Below, piece after piece: positions 38,006 to 47,601 of a DNA stretch of 64,000 nucleotides (position 1 is the first letter of the stretch; each line of letters begins with the position of its first letter). Position numbers and translations under genes: made by a program. Below the pieces are notes generated by a model. That model saw only the letters and a program-made list of their open reading frames with translations, ran no database searches and was not told where the DNA came from. The DNA is from Deinococcales bacterium. GTDB lineage: Bacteria > Deinococcota > Deinococci > Deinococcales > JAAFIG01. The stretch spans positions 1-64,000 of the forward strand of contig JAYWGM010000075.1 of the NCBI GenBank assembly GCA_043778225.1, read 5' to 3'.

Positions 38006-40877
38006 TCGTTAGAAGCGAATCCTCAAATAACTCGAGCCTCCCCAAAGCGTACTGCATGGCTTCTTTAGGACTTAAACTTTTAGCTTGGGCTATAAAAAGC
38101 TGTAATTGTTCGGTACTAAAAAACTGGCTGCTTTGCACTTCTATAAATTGATTAGGTTCTAAATCATCTAAGTTAAAATCCTGACCGGGCAGGAAACGCC
38201 ATGTGTTGGCAATCGCATTCAGTCTTAAGCCCTTGGCATGGCGCTGTTGTTGCTGCATGACCGCCGCACTCAAGGCATAAAAACACGTAAAGCAAGCCGC
38301 ATCTTGCACTTGCGGACAGAGAAGCCCAAGTTCTTGCAGTAAAGCGACAACTCCAAGCCGATTGCCCCGCCGAAACATGACATTGCAAAGTGTCAGCAAC
38401 GTAGCACATAAATTCACCATGTTTTTGACTTCACGGTAAATCAAAATCGCTTGCTCGAGCAGATTCTGAGCTTTTTCTAAATCGTTTTGGGTAATGTAGA
38501 CATAGGCAAAATTGGCTAAACCATTGGCTAAACCACGTTTATTTTTGTTAGCTCGAGACTTGCTAATTAAATTTTCAAAAGTCTCAATCGCCAAAGCAGT
38601 TTCGCCTTGCTGCCAGTACAAAAACGCCAATGAATTCAAACAATCGATTTGGACATTAGCGTTTGGCACATTTTCTAGAATCTCGAGTGCAGCTTTGATA
38701 CAAGAGCTTGCTCTGTCAAAGTCGCCAATATCGCCGCTAACTTCACTAATGGCGTTCAATGCCCTTGCCTGAGCGCTCAAATCACTGATTTCCAAGGCGA
38801 TTTCTAGGGCAGCTTCGGCATCGGCTAAGCGAACATCGGTGTTGTGCAAACGCATTCCAAGCACACTGCGAACGGACAGTAAATTGGATCGCGTTGAATC
38901 TTGAGCTTGCAACTCAGGTAACTCGAGCAATTGATTTAACCACTGCATCCCTAATGGTTTTCGAGCCGCAGCAATCCAAAAATACAGAGTTGAATAGACA
39001 ATTTTGGCACAGACGAGCGGATTGGTTTTCACCGACCACTCAAGGGCTAAACTGACGTTCTCAAATTCTTGTTCAAATTGTTTAACCGTCTCGGAAACAG
39101 GTTTAGCAGGGTCATGGGTTGCCACTGCCACTGCCCAATCCTGTGCCAATAAACCGAGCTCGAGTAACGCTGCTTCTTTTTGCACAGGCTCGAGTTGCTG
39201 TTCGCTAAATTGGCGAATGACTTCGTGAATAATAAAACGATTATTGCTACGGGTGATTAAGGACTTGCCGACTAACACAAATAAAATGCTCGGATTGGCT
39301 TTAGCGACTCGAGCCAGCGACTCAAGCGTAAATCCACCACGCAACAAACTCAGCTTAGCCAAAACCAATTGTTGCTCGAGTGTTAATAATTGCCAACTGG
39401 CATTAAAAACCGCCCGCATACTGCGGTGACGCAATGGCATATCTGGTTGATTTGCCAATAGAAAATCCAAGCTCAAATGAATTTCTTGCACCACTTCCTC
39501 GAGATTTAAGATTCGCAACCAATGACTGGTCAGTTCTATGGCAAGCGGTGAGCCTTGCAATAACTGACAAAGCTCGATGACAAAAGGTTTATCTTTAGGC
39601 TCAAGGACAAAACGCGGATTGACCCGTTTGGCATTACGTAAAAGCAGTTGCACCGAATCAAAAATTTCGATTTGCTCCGAATCATTTTTTGGCACATTTA
39701 AGCCCAACACATCCACCAAATACTCAGCTTGGACCTGCAGGGCTTCGCGGCTGGTGATTAAAATACGCAATCTAGGCACAGCCGCTAGTAACTCGAGAAT
39801 CACCATAGACTCGTCCAGCAAATGCTCCATGTTATCAAGTACCAGCAACAAATGCTGTTCGGACAAATAATTTTTAAGAAAAACCAATTGATTCTCTAAG
39901 CCCTGCGCTGGTAAGTGCAAAGCCGCAATAATGGCTGGCACAAGCGCATCCACCGCAGCCAAAGGCACAAAAAGTGCCCCATCTGCAAATTGAGCAGCTT
40001 GTTCAGTTGCCACCTGAACCGCTAAACGGGTTTTGCCCATGCCGCCAGCCCCGACCAAAGTAATCAGCCGAACTTCTGGTTGTACAAAAAATGAAGCGAT
40101 TTCGGATAAATCCACATCTCGCCCAACAAAAGCACTGACTTCTACAGGAAAATTTTGCAACAACGACTTCTCGATTAGCGCTTGAACAGGTTTTAATTCT
40201 AAAGCCGCCGCCAATTGCACGGTCGTTTCGAGTGGCGACAAACCAAGCTCGAGTTTCAAAACCCTCTTAAACGACTCAAACGCCCTAAGCGCCTCGAGCC
40301 GCCCGCCTGTTTGTATCGCACAGTTAAGCAGTAGTTGCAAAATATCCTCGGCAAGCGGGTCGGTGCTTAAAACCCGCAAGCAAATGGCTTGCGCCGCCTC
40401 AAAATTGGCTTCTACCACCAATTGCTTGGCTGCTAAAAGCGCTGTGTCTCGAAAAGCATTGTGCAGCGCCTCACGCTCTTGCTCGAGCCAATCAGACAAG
40501 TCTGGCACATCCGAATGCAACCCACTCAAAAAACTTCCCTGATACAAATTGAACGCCTCGAGATACTGATTAGAACTCATCAAGCCTTGAAACTCAGCCG
40601 CATCCGAGCGCACCAACCAACGCACAAGTTCGCCACTGGACTCGAGAACCGCAAACTCCAAAGCCCGCACCCGAGACAGCAAATGCCGCAAATTCTTCCG
40701 AGCAGCCACCGAATCAGAATCCTCAAAGAACAACACCGACAATGCTTCTCGAGAAACCCAATCTGCCTTAAAAGCCAAGTATGCCAGCAGCAAAAAACGC
40801 TTATCCGATAAGAAAATAACCTCTTGGGACTCGAGGCTTACCTTGGCAACACCCAGCAGTTGAACAGAAGGAAGCAT
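37995..40877 (-). CDS. AfsR/SARP-like transcriptional regulator (wHTH-BTAD-NB-ARC-TPR)
   Basis: LLAYLA..SRE..ARKNLR wHTH, BTAD, GAGGMGKTRLA P-loop, LVLDNMEH, PLAIEL, TPR repeats. Confidence 0.9.
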   Translation of the reverse strand: MLPSVQLLGVAKVSLESQEVIFLSDKRFLLLAYLAFKADWVSREALSVLFFEDSDSVAARKNLRHLLSRVRALEFAVLESSGELVRWLVRSDAAEFQGLMSSNQYLEAFNLYQGSFLSGLHSDVPDLSDWLEQEREALHNAFRDTALLAAKQLVVEANFEAAQAICLRVLSTDPLAEDILQLLLNCAIQTGGRLEALRAFESFKRVLKLELGLSPLETTVQLAAALELKPVQALIEKSLLQNFPVEVSAFVGRDVDLSEIASFFVQPEVRLITLVGAGGMGKTRLAVQVATEQAAQFADGALFVPLAAVDALVPAIIAALHLPAQGLENQLVFLKNYLSEQHLLLVLDNMEHLLDESMVILELLAAVPRLRILITSREALQVQAEYLVDVLGLNVPKNDSEQIEIFDSVQLLLRNAKRVNPRFVLEPKDKPFVIELCQLLQGSPLAIELTSHWLRILNLEEVVQEIHLSLDFLLANQPDMPLRHRSMRAVFNASWQLLTLEQQLVLAKLSLLRGGFTLESLARVAKANPSILFVLVGKSLITRSNNRFIIHEVIRQFSEQQLEPVQKEAALLELGLLAQDWAVAVATHDPAKPVSETVKQFEQEFENVSLALEWSVKTNPLVCAKIVYSTLYFWIAAARKPLGMQWLNQLLELPELQAQDSTRSNLLSVRSVLGMRLHNTDVRLADAEAALEIALEISDLSAQARALNAISEVSGDIGDFDRASSCIKAALEILENVPNANVQIDCLNSLAFLYWQQGETALAIETFENLISKSRANKNKRGLANGLANFAYVYITQNDLEKAQNLLEQAILIYREVKNMVNLCATLLTLCNVMFRRGNRLGVVALLQELGLLCPQVQDAACFTCFYALSAAVMQQQQRHAKGLRLNAIANTWRFLPGQDFNLDDLEPNQFIEVQSSQFFSTEQLQLFIAQAKSLSPKEAMQYALGRLELFEDSLLTIKA

Positions 40878-40934
40878 TGTTAGACAACAGTTTACCAGCT
40901 TTTTGTGTTGCCGCGTCGCACGGATTCTTATCCA

Positions 40935-40968
40935 TGCGACGCTCATGCGACGCTTAGACCAGTAAACT
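40935..40968 (+). promoter_or_regulatory. SARP-type direct repeat plus -10
   Basis: TGCGACGCT-ca-TGCGACGCT-N8-TAAACT, divergent from the regulator gene. Confidence 0.7.
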
Positions 40969-41022
40969 GTCCGCATCGCTCGAGAAGAACACCAAAATAG
41001 CAAGACTCGAGCAGGAGGATTT

Positions 41023-41478
41023 ATGAAAAAATGGTTCTTAATCTTGGTTGCAGTATTGGGTTTCTCGGGCTTAGCTGGCGCACAAAAATTCTCGGTCGGT
41101 GGCGGTTTAACCAGTCAGTTTCAAAATGGTTTTGTACTGGGTTTTGGCATTAACTTAGGCGCAGAAGACTTGGTAAAATTCAGCAAAGACTTTGGACTTG
41201 ATGCTCGAGTTGACCTCGAAGGTTCATTTGGCGCGGGTGCTTTTTTATTTGGTTTGGGCGCAGGTGTATACGCTTCGTACCAAATTTCTGATATTGACAT
41301 TTACTTTGGACCTCGAGTGATTGTGCTACTGTCCCCAGCTTCAGCTTTTGGCTTTGGGGCGTTGCTCGGTCTGCGTTATGACTTGTCAAATACGCTTGCA
41401 CTGTACAGCGAAGTACGGTTTTTGTTCACACCAGCTTTTGATTACCAAGCTGCCCTTGGCGTGCGAATCCTGCTCTAA
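41023..41478 (+). CDS. Small outer-membrane beta-barrel-like protein
   Basis: AGGAGG RBS, signal peptide (AGA-Q), alternating Gly/aromatic beta strands. Confidence 0.7.
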   Translation: MKKWFLILVAVLGFSGLAGAQKFSVGGGLTSQFQNGFVLGFGINLGAEDLVKFSKDFGLDARVDLEGSFGAGAFLFGLGAGVYASYQISDIDIYFGPRVIVLLSPASAFGFGALLGLRYDLSNTLALYSEVRFLFTPAFDYQAALGVRILL

Positions 41479-41492
41479 AAACCTTCTCTTGC

Positions 41493-41520
41493 GAGGCTCG
41501 AGACCCCCTACTCGAGCCTC
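41493..41520. terminator. Hairpin built from two CTCGAG sites
   Basis: GAGGCTCGAG-N8-CTCGAGCCTC. Confidence 0.5.
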
Positions 41521-41623
41521 CACACCAAACCTTAAAAGACCAAAAGCTCGAGCAATCAAGGACTCGAGTCAGGTGAAACATTTTCAAATTTGCACTCTCT
41601 CAAGCGTTACAGGGAAAACAAGT

Positions 41624-41764
41624 ATGACCAAAGAACCTTTGCAAACCTATGTTCGACCAGTCCTCGAGCCGCAACCAGCCTATGCACTGGTGACTGCTGG
41701 TTTTTCTTTTCCTGTTGGTTCAACTTCGGCACTTGAACCCTTGAATGATGTGGAGAAAAAATGA
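41624..41764 (+). CDS. 46-aa peptide with a lasso/RRE-type leader motif
   Basis: MTKEPLQTYVRPVLEPQPAYALVTAGFSFPVGSTSALEPLNDVEKK. Purine-rich RBS; stop overlaps the next ATG (ATGA). Confidence 0.6.
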   Translation: MTKEPLQTYVRPVLEPQPAYALVTAGFSFPVGSTSALEPLNDVEKK

Positions 41765-42480
41765 AACGTTTTTTACTATCCCTTCCTTGGCTGGCACTGA
41801 CCTTCATGGCGTGTCAACAAACCACGCTGAACCAACCTAAACCAATTGACCGCAATGGAAGCGCAATGCAGGCACAAGCCTTGATTGACTGGTTTCACAA
41901 GGATGCGCCCGAAAAATACCGTGCTTCAATCATGGGCGGAGTTCCTGAGGGTTGGCGTACCGGTACGAACACCTCACAATCTGGGGCTGAGTGGGCTAAA
42001 GTTTACCGTTCGTTGGATGTTATCAGTCCGTGGGCTGTGGGAAGATTTGCTGATAATGCTGGCGCAGATCGGTTCAACCAAAATTACATCATTCCAGATT
42101 TGCTCGAGACCAAGCGATTAGGGATTGAATATATGCCCGTGGTTTTTCCTGGTTTTTCTTGGAACAATCTTAAAAATAACGGACGAGTCAATCAAATTCC
42201 CCGCAATGGAGGTCGTTTTTATTGGAATCAAGTTTATAATGCGATCACTTCTGGCGCGACGATGATGAAAACAGCCATGTTTGACGAAGTAGACGAAGGA
42301 ACAGCGATTTTCAAAATCTCTGAAGGGAAAGCATCCGCACCTGTCGAGTTTCCAATGGTCAATCTCGATGTAGACGGAGAAAAATTACCCTCCGACTGGT
42401 ATTTGCGTGTGACCGGAGCAGCTACCCAAGTGCTGAAAAAAGAAAGAAAATTGACGAAGGATTTACCGTTACGTCCTTAG
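41761..42480 (+). CDS. Lipoprotein carrying only the C-terminal part of a GH71/GH99-like glycoside hydrolase (probably truncated)
   Basis: Lipobox FMAC; GGVP..WR, DVISPWAVGR, YMPVVFPGFSWNN, IPRNGGRFYW, AMFDEVDEGTA, PSDWYL. Confidence 0.7.
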   Translation: MKRFLLSLPWLALTFMACQQTTLNQPKPIDRNGSAMQAQALIDWFHKDAPEKYRASIMGGVPEGWRTGTNTSQSGAEWAKVYRSLDVISPWAVGRFADNAGADRFNQNYIIPDLLETKRLGIEYMPVVFPGFSWNNLKNNGRVNQIPRNGGRFYWNQVYNAITSGATMMKTAMFDEVDEGTAIFKISEGKASAPVEFPMVNLDVDGEKLPSDWYLRVTGAATQVLKKERKLTKDLPLRP

Positions 42481-42514
42481 CAAATTAAGTACCAATCAAT
42501 GGTACAAAATGGAT

Positions 42515-43111
42515 TTAACTGAGCATTGCCACCAAAATCCCTAGAATTTCAGGTAGTTCCTCCAAGTCATAAGACCGATTATCCACGGTTAAAACCCGAT
42601 GCTCGAGGTGTAAGAACTGCCAAGAATTTCCAATCGTCACAGCCCCATAAACTCGAGTTTGAGGCTTGCCCTCGCGTTCATTAAAAATTTGGGTGGCGAC
42701 CATTTCGGCTGTGGCTTGGGCGATACCTTGCTTAAAATTCTCGTTCTTGGCTTCTACGACTATCAAAACAGGCGCTTCTAAATATAACTGCTGAGTTGAC
42801 TTAGAAAAAAGAAAATCACAAATCCCAATTAAACCTTGTTCAGAATCCACGTTAAATTCCACGCCACTAAACACCGAAACTTGGTCATGCACCAGTCCAC
42901 GAACCTCGAGCAGAATCGGTGCAATAATAAATTCGCTTCTGGCTTTTTCCGTATTTTGTTTGACTGCTACCGAAGCACCACGTTCAAGAATATAAGTTAG
43001 CGCGGGTGTTGGTTGGATTGGCGTAAAAGCAACTCCCAAAGGCTGGTTATCAATTAATTGCAAATCAAATTTTTTAATCACGGTTGGTAAAGTAAAATTA
43101 CTGTATGCCAT
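42515..43111 (-). CDS. Conserved hypothetical PD-(D/E)xK-like protein
   Basis: MAYSNFT, EKARSEFIIAPIL, GICDF, VEAK, GIAQ, GAVT; a family I recall as common in cyanobacteria. Confidence 0.7.
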   Translation of the reverse strand: MAYSNFTLPTVIKKFDLQLIDNQPLGVAFTPIQPTPALTYILERGASVAVKQNTEKARSEFIIAPILLEVRGLVHDQVSVFSGVEFNVDSEQGLIGICDFLFSKSTQQLYLEAPVLIVVEAKNENFKQGIAQATAEMVATQIFNEREGKPQTRVYGAVTIGNSWQFLHLEHRVLTVDNRSYDLEELPEILGILVAMLS

Positions 43112-43143
43112 TTGTTTAGTGTAGTCGTTTCGTTCCTGAGTTT

Positions 43144-44088
43144 CTACGAGGAAAATAAGTATTTTCTTAAAGCAACTATTTGTGAGTTTCGGAAATCCCG
43201 AACCACTTGAATTTGCGGATCAAAAACATCAAAACCATGAAATGCACCTCCGACCACTACAAGTTCAGTCTCGATGCTACTTGCTTCTAACCGCTTTGCA
43301 TACGTTAAATCTTCGTCATAAAAAACATCCAGAGACCCCACGCCAATCCAAACGGGAGGCAAACCAGTGAGGTCTTCTCGGCGGGCAGGTACGGCATAAG
43401 GAGGTGTGGTTTTTGCGCCACACGCTGTTCCTAAGTAGCTCTCCCAACCAAATTGATTACTTTTTTGCGTCCAAGTCACATTTTGGCTGTCATCTATTTC
43501 GGTACGCAGTACAGTTCGATCATCAAGCATCGGGTAGATAAGTAATTGAAGTGCCACTTTGAATTCTTGTCGGTCATAAATAAGTTGTACCAGAGCCGCA
43601 GCCAGTCCACCACCTGCGCTCGCCCCGCCAATGGCAATTCGGTTTAGATCTATGCCCAGTTCTCGAGCTTGCGAAACAACCCATTTTAAGGCAGCATAAC
43701 AGTCGTCTAATCCAATTGGAAAAGGATACTTTGGTGCGTACCGGTAATCCACTGAAACCACTGTGATGCCTAATTCTTGAACATACTGCGAACAACAACC
43801 ATCATCTTGTTCTGGCTTGCCGACCACATAACCACCGCCGTGCATCCAAATCAGCACAGGAGTTGGTGTTGTTGCCATTTTTGGTTTGTAGACCCGTACA
43901 CGAATCTTTGCTTGACCTGATTCGATAAAAATATTTTCGATGAAAACACTTTGCGGAGTTTTGGCTTTAGGCATGATGGACATAATCAAACGCATCAGCC
44001 AAAGGTTTTTTTTATTAAAATCAAATTTTGGAGTTCTGTTTGCAATTTGTAAAAGCTGAGGATGAATTTTAGAAATTTCTTTTTTCAT
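43144..44088 (-). CDS. Alpha/beta hydrolase (HSL-family esterase)
   Basis: HGGGY, VDYR, GASAGG, HGF. Confidence 0.92.
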   Translation of the reverse strand: MKKEISKIHPQLLQIANRTPKFDFNKKNLWLMRLIMSIMPKAKTPQSVFIENIFIESGQAKIRVRVYKPKMATTPTPVLIWMHGGGYVVGKPEQDDGCCSQYVQELGITVVSVDYRYAPKYPFPIGLDDCYAALKWVVSQARELGIDLNRIAIGGASAGGGLAAALVQLIYDRQEFKVALQLLIYPMLDDRTVLRTEIDDSQNVTWTQKSNQFGWESYLGTACGAKTTPPYAVPARREDLTGLPPVWIGVGSLDVFYDEDLTYAKRLEASSIETELVVVGGAFHGFDVFDPQIQVVRDFRNSQIVALRKYLFSS

Positions 44089-44143
44089 GCGAATACTCCG
44101 TGTGCGTTGTTGGTTTGAACAGAGTCTACCTCAGTTTCCACCG

Positions 44144-44177
44144 TGCGACGCTGATGCGACGCTTTGTGTAGCATAAT
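44144..44177 (+). promoter_or_regulatory. SARP-type direct repeat plus -10 upstream of the P450
   Basis: TGCGACGCT-ga-TGCGACGCT-N8-CATAAT. Confidence 0.7.
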
Positions 44178-44216
44178 CATCGTATCGCTCGAGAACTCGA
44201 GGAAAAAAGGAGCATC

Positions 44217-45458
44217 ATGTCTGAACCCACTTCCGTAGCGGCGAGCCGCAAATACGACCTGTACAGCCAGACCACCAAAGATAATCCGTATCCTGTGTTT
44301 GCCCAGATGCGTCTCGAGAATCCTGTCTATTCGCAACTTGGGTTGGATGGAAAAACCAAAATTTGGTTTGTGACTCGCTTTGAAGATGTTCAATACATTC
44401 TGCATCACGATGAACTTTTTGTGCGTGACTCCAAAAATGCTCTACCCGCCGATAAAGTACATCAGCCCAGCCAACTCGAGGCGTTGATGTTTAACCATAT
44501 GCTCAATAAAGACGGCGAAGATCACCGCCGCTTACGCACCTTGGTCAGCCAAGCCTTCACCCCGTCTCGAGTGCGTGAAATGCGACCTCAAGTCCAAGCC
44601 ATTAGCGATGATTTAATCGCAGCCATTAAGTCCAAAGGGCAAATGGATTTAATTGCTGATTATGCGTTTGCATTACCAACGATTGTGATTTCCCAAATGC
44701 TGGGTATTCCCACCACAGACCGTGAGCGTTTTAAGCAATGGACCGAAGCCACCATCGCGCCAGCCCTGACACCAGAAGCCCAAGCCAAGGCAGGAGCGCT
44801 GTTGCAAGAATTTGCGGCATACTTAGGCGAACTGTTTGCTGCGCGGCGTTTGAATCCACAAAACGATTTGATTTCGGCGTTGCTCCAAGCCGAAGAAGCC
44901 GGCAATCAACTTTCCGAATCTGAACTTTATAGCACCGTTGTGCTGCTGATTATTGCTGGACATGAAACCACCGTCAACCTAATTGGCAATTCGATTCTTG
45001 CACTGATGCGTTTCCCCGAAGCTCGAGCAGAGTTGCAACAACACCCCGAACAAATGGCTGGCGCTTTAGATGAATTCCTGCGTTACGATAGCCCTGTCGA
45101 ACGGGCTTTCTCGAGATGGGCTGCTAAGGATACCGAACTTGGCGGGCAGCAAATCAAACAAGGCGATTTGGTCATGGGCATATTAGGCGCTGCTAATCAC
45201 GACCCAGAAAAATTCCCTAACCCAGAGGTGCTTGACCTTTCGAGAGATGCAAAACGCCAATTGGCATTCGGACACGGAATGCACTTTTGTCTGGGGATGC
45301 CTTTGGCTCGGCTCGAGGGTGAAATTGCCCTGAATTCCTTGTTGCAAAACCTGCCGAATTTGCGCCTTGGGGTCGGCGAAGAAGACCTGACTTGGCGTAC
45401 CCTGCCAATGTTTCGTGGCATGAAACAAATTCCAATCGTTTGGGATATGAGTACATGA
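44217..45458 (+). CDS. Cytochrome P450 (CYP107-like)
   Basis: AGHETT, EFLR, FGHGMHFCLG. Confidence 0.95.
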   Translation: MSEPTSVAASRKYDLYSQTTKDNPYPVFAQMRLENPVYSQLGLDGKTKIWFVTRFEDVQYILHHDELFVRDSKNALPADKVHQPSQLEALMFNHMLNKDGEDHRRLRTLVSQAFTPSRVREMRPQVQAISDDLIAAIKSKGQMDLIADYAFALPTIVISQMLGIPTTDRERFKQWTEATIAPALTPEAQAKAGALLQEFAAYLGELFAARRLNPQNDLISALLQAEEAGNQLSESELYSTVVLLIIAGHETTVNLIGNSILALMRFPEARAELQQHPEQMAGALDEFLRYDSPVERAFSRWAAKDTELGGQQIKQGDLVMGILGAANHDPEKFPNPEVLDLSRDAKRQLAFGHGMHFCLGMPLARLEGEIALNSLLQNLPNLRLGVGEEDLTWRTLPMFRGMKQIPIVWDMST

Positions 45459-45988
45459 AACCCATTTTTTTAATCATGGGAACACCTGCCGCAGGCAAAA
45501 GCACCATTGCTAAAGCCTTGACGCAGCGCTTTGAGAAGGGGCTGCATATTCCCGTGGATGACCTGCGCCACATGGTCGTCTCGGGCTTGTCAGACATGGG
45601 TTTTGAAGTTCCACCCGCCACGCTCGAACAGGTGCGCTTGGCTCGAGAAGCCGCTTCGAGCATGGCAAGGATTTACTCAGATAACGAATTTGCAGTTGCT
45701 ATAGATGATTTTTGGTACGGTGATAAACCCGACGAAGTGTACGCGCAAAAAATCGGGCAACGTGTGACCCGAGTTTTACTGCTCCCAAACCTCGAGACAA
45801 CAGTGCAGCGCTTGTACTCGAGAAACCCAGAAGAGGGCAGTTTTAAGCAGATTCTCGAGCAAGCGATTCGGCAATTGCATGTCCAGATTGCAGTGCATCC
45901 AAAGATTAATTGGCTGGTGATTGACTCGAGCGGTTTGAGTGTTGAACAGACTGTAGATAAAATCCTTGCGAGAACGGAAAGAACTTGA
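45455..45988 (+). CDS. P-loop kinase/AAA_33-like protein
   Basis: GTPAAGKST, VDDLR. ATGA overlap with the P450 stop. Confidence 0.8.
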   Translation: MKPIFLIMGTPAAGKSTIAKALTQRFEKGLHIPVDDLRHMVVSGLSDMGFEVPPATLEQVRLAREAASSMARIYSDNEFAVAIDDFWYGDKPDEVYAQKIGQRVTRVLLLPNLETTVQRLYSRNPEEGSFKQILEQAIRQLHVQIAVHPKINWLVIDSSGLSVEQTVDKILARTERT

Positions 45989-46057
45989 AGACAAGGCTTT
46001 TGATGACGTTATACAAAGAGCCCAATCCCTAGAAGCGTTCCGTCCCCGTCTTGAGTC

Positions 46058-46540
46058 CTAGAGGTGTTCTTGCAACCGATCTTGCACCCGCCAGAGTAGT
46101 TGAATCAGTTTCTCTTGCTCTTTTGGACTCAGCACCTCCATCCATATTTTTTCTGCGCGGTGAATCGGTACGCGCACTTCGTCCGCTACCCTGCGCCCCT
46201 CATCGGTGATTTCAACAAGGAGCATTCGGCGGTCCGACGGGTGCGGTTTGCGCTGGACGTAACCCCGGCGTTCAAGTGAGTCGAGCAATCCGGTGATGGT
46301 CGCTCGGGTCACGACCAGTCTATCGCTAATCTCGTGCGGCGAGAGGGGACTGTTCGCATTTGCCAATGCGATCAGTGCCAGCCCCGTGGCGATACTGAGG
46401 TCGAACGGACGCTTAATTGTCTCGATGTGACTGAGCAAAAGATCATTGGTGCGGACGATGTTCAAGACGCACTCTGTGGCTTTTCTGCTACTCTCGGGCC
46501 AGCGTTGCTCGAATCCTTCGGATAGTGTTATGTGTTGCAT
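46058..46540 (-). CDS. MarR family transcriptional regulator
   Basis: TRATITGLLDSLERRGYVQR..DRR..ITDEG. Confidence 0.93.
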   Translation of the reverse strand: MQHITLSEGFEQRWPESSRKATECVLNIVRTNDLLLSHIETIKRPFDLSIATGLALIALANANSPLSPHEISDRLVVTRATITGLLDSLERRGYVQRKPHPSDRRMLLVEITDEGRRVADEVRVPIHRAEKIWMEVLSPKEQEKLIQLLWRVQDRLQEHL

Positions 46541-46760
46541 GGTGTGCTATTCTCCTTCTTTTTACTATTGGCACAGATAATCAGCACCAAGATAGTTAGG
46601 GACTTGACAAATTTAGTTTGACCCCTTATTATCACCTTACAAGCAATCAGGTCGGGTGTAAAGATACATTCGTAATCACGCGACACACATGCAAGGCCTC
46701 TGCTGAGAAACGACCTATCTGGCTGGTTAAAACTTGGCGCTCTGAATACTCGAAGTGTCT

Positions 46761-46876
46761 AAGAAAATACCTCACGCAATCATTTTCGCATTTACCAAGA
46801 TTTTGACATCAAAACCCCAACATCCCCGAACGCCCTTGAAGTCGAAAGGAGCGAAGTGTCAAGTATTGTCTGTCCT
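46761..46876 (+). repeat. Duplicated non-coding block, copy 1 (copy 2 at 48503-48660)
   Basis: 49 bp identical (46761-46809 = 48503-48551), plus a ~65-bp similar block. Confidence 0.9.
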
Positions 46877-46937
46877 AGACCATTGTTTGCATCCATGATA
46901 CCCACAACCCCCAATGCCGAGCTGGGCTGGAAGTCCA

Positions 46938-46971
46938 CGCGACGCTCACGCAACGCACCCTTTGGCATACT
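46938..46971 (+). promoter_or_regulatory. Degenerate SARP-type direct repeat plus extended -10
   Basis: CGCGACGCT-ca-CGCAACGCA-N8-CATACT. Confidence 0.55.
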
Positions 46972-47084
46972 GGCATCGTTCACCTATTGAATACCAGCCG
47001 TCAGTGTGGCTCTTGTGTTCGCAGCAAAGGAGAATACGTATTTTGGCACTCGACCCCAAGCCCTCTAGCCCAAAGGAGAAAAGC

Positions 47085-47369
47085 ATGACTACCCTATTTG
47101 TAAGACACCAAGTGAGCAATTTTGATAACTGGAAAAAGATCTACGACGAGCTTGGAGCTACTCGCGAAAAGATGGGGGTCAGCGCAGCCAGCGTCCACCG
47201 TGATGGTACCGACCCCAATACAGTAATGGTTACCCACCGGTTTCCCAACATCGGTGCAGCCACCGCTTTTGCCAACTCCGAGGAACTCAAAGCTGGCATG
47301 GGACGGGCTGGGGTTACCAGCCAACCGGAGATGTGGTTTACCGACGACGTTGAACACACCGCGCACTAG
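47085..47369 (+). CDS. Small ABM/cyclase-like dimeric alpha-beta barrel protein
   Basis: AAGGAG RBS; VRHQVSNFDNWKKIYD...DPN...ELKAGMGRAGV..PE. Confidence 0.8.
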   Translation: MTTLFVRHQVSNFDNWKKIYDELGATREKMGVSAASVHRDGTDPNTVMVTHRFPNIGAATAFANSEELKAGMGRAGVTSQPEMWFTDDVEHTAH

Positions 47370-47601
47370 ACCAAAGCTAGAACACTCGCTCGAGACCACC
47401 TGAATTTTGCAAGCAACCATCGAGCCAGTCTGGGATATTCTTTCCGACCCCTACACTGGCTCACTTGATTCCCAACGTTTTGTAAGGTGCGCTCGAGCAC
47501 CGCACTACCTACCTATTTTGGAGTTTTATACCGAAGGTACGGTATTACTAATTAGGCTGGTGTCAGTAAACTCACATTAGAAATAACCAAGGTGTCTGAA
47601 A

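Noticed and set aside
41624..41764. Canonical lasso peptide cluster
   Set aside because: No acidic residue at core positions 7-9 and no B/C enzymes nearby; kept only as a lasso-like leader.
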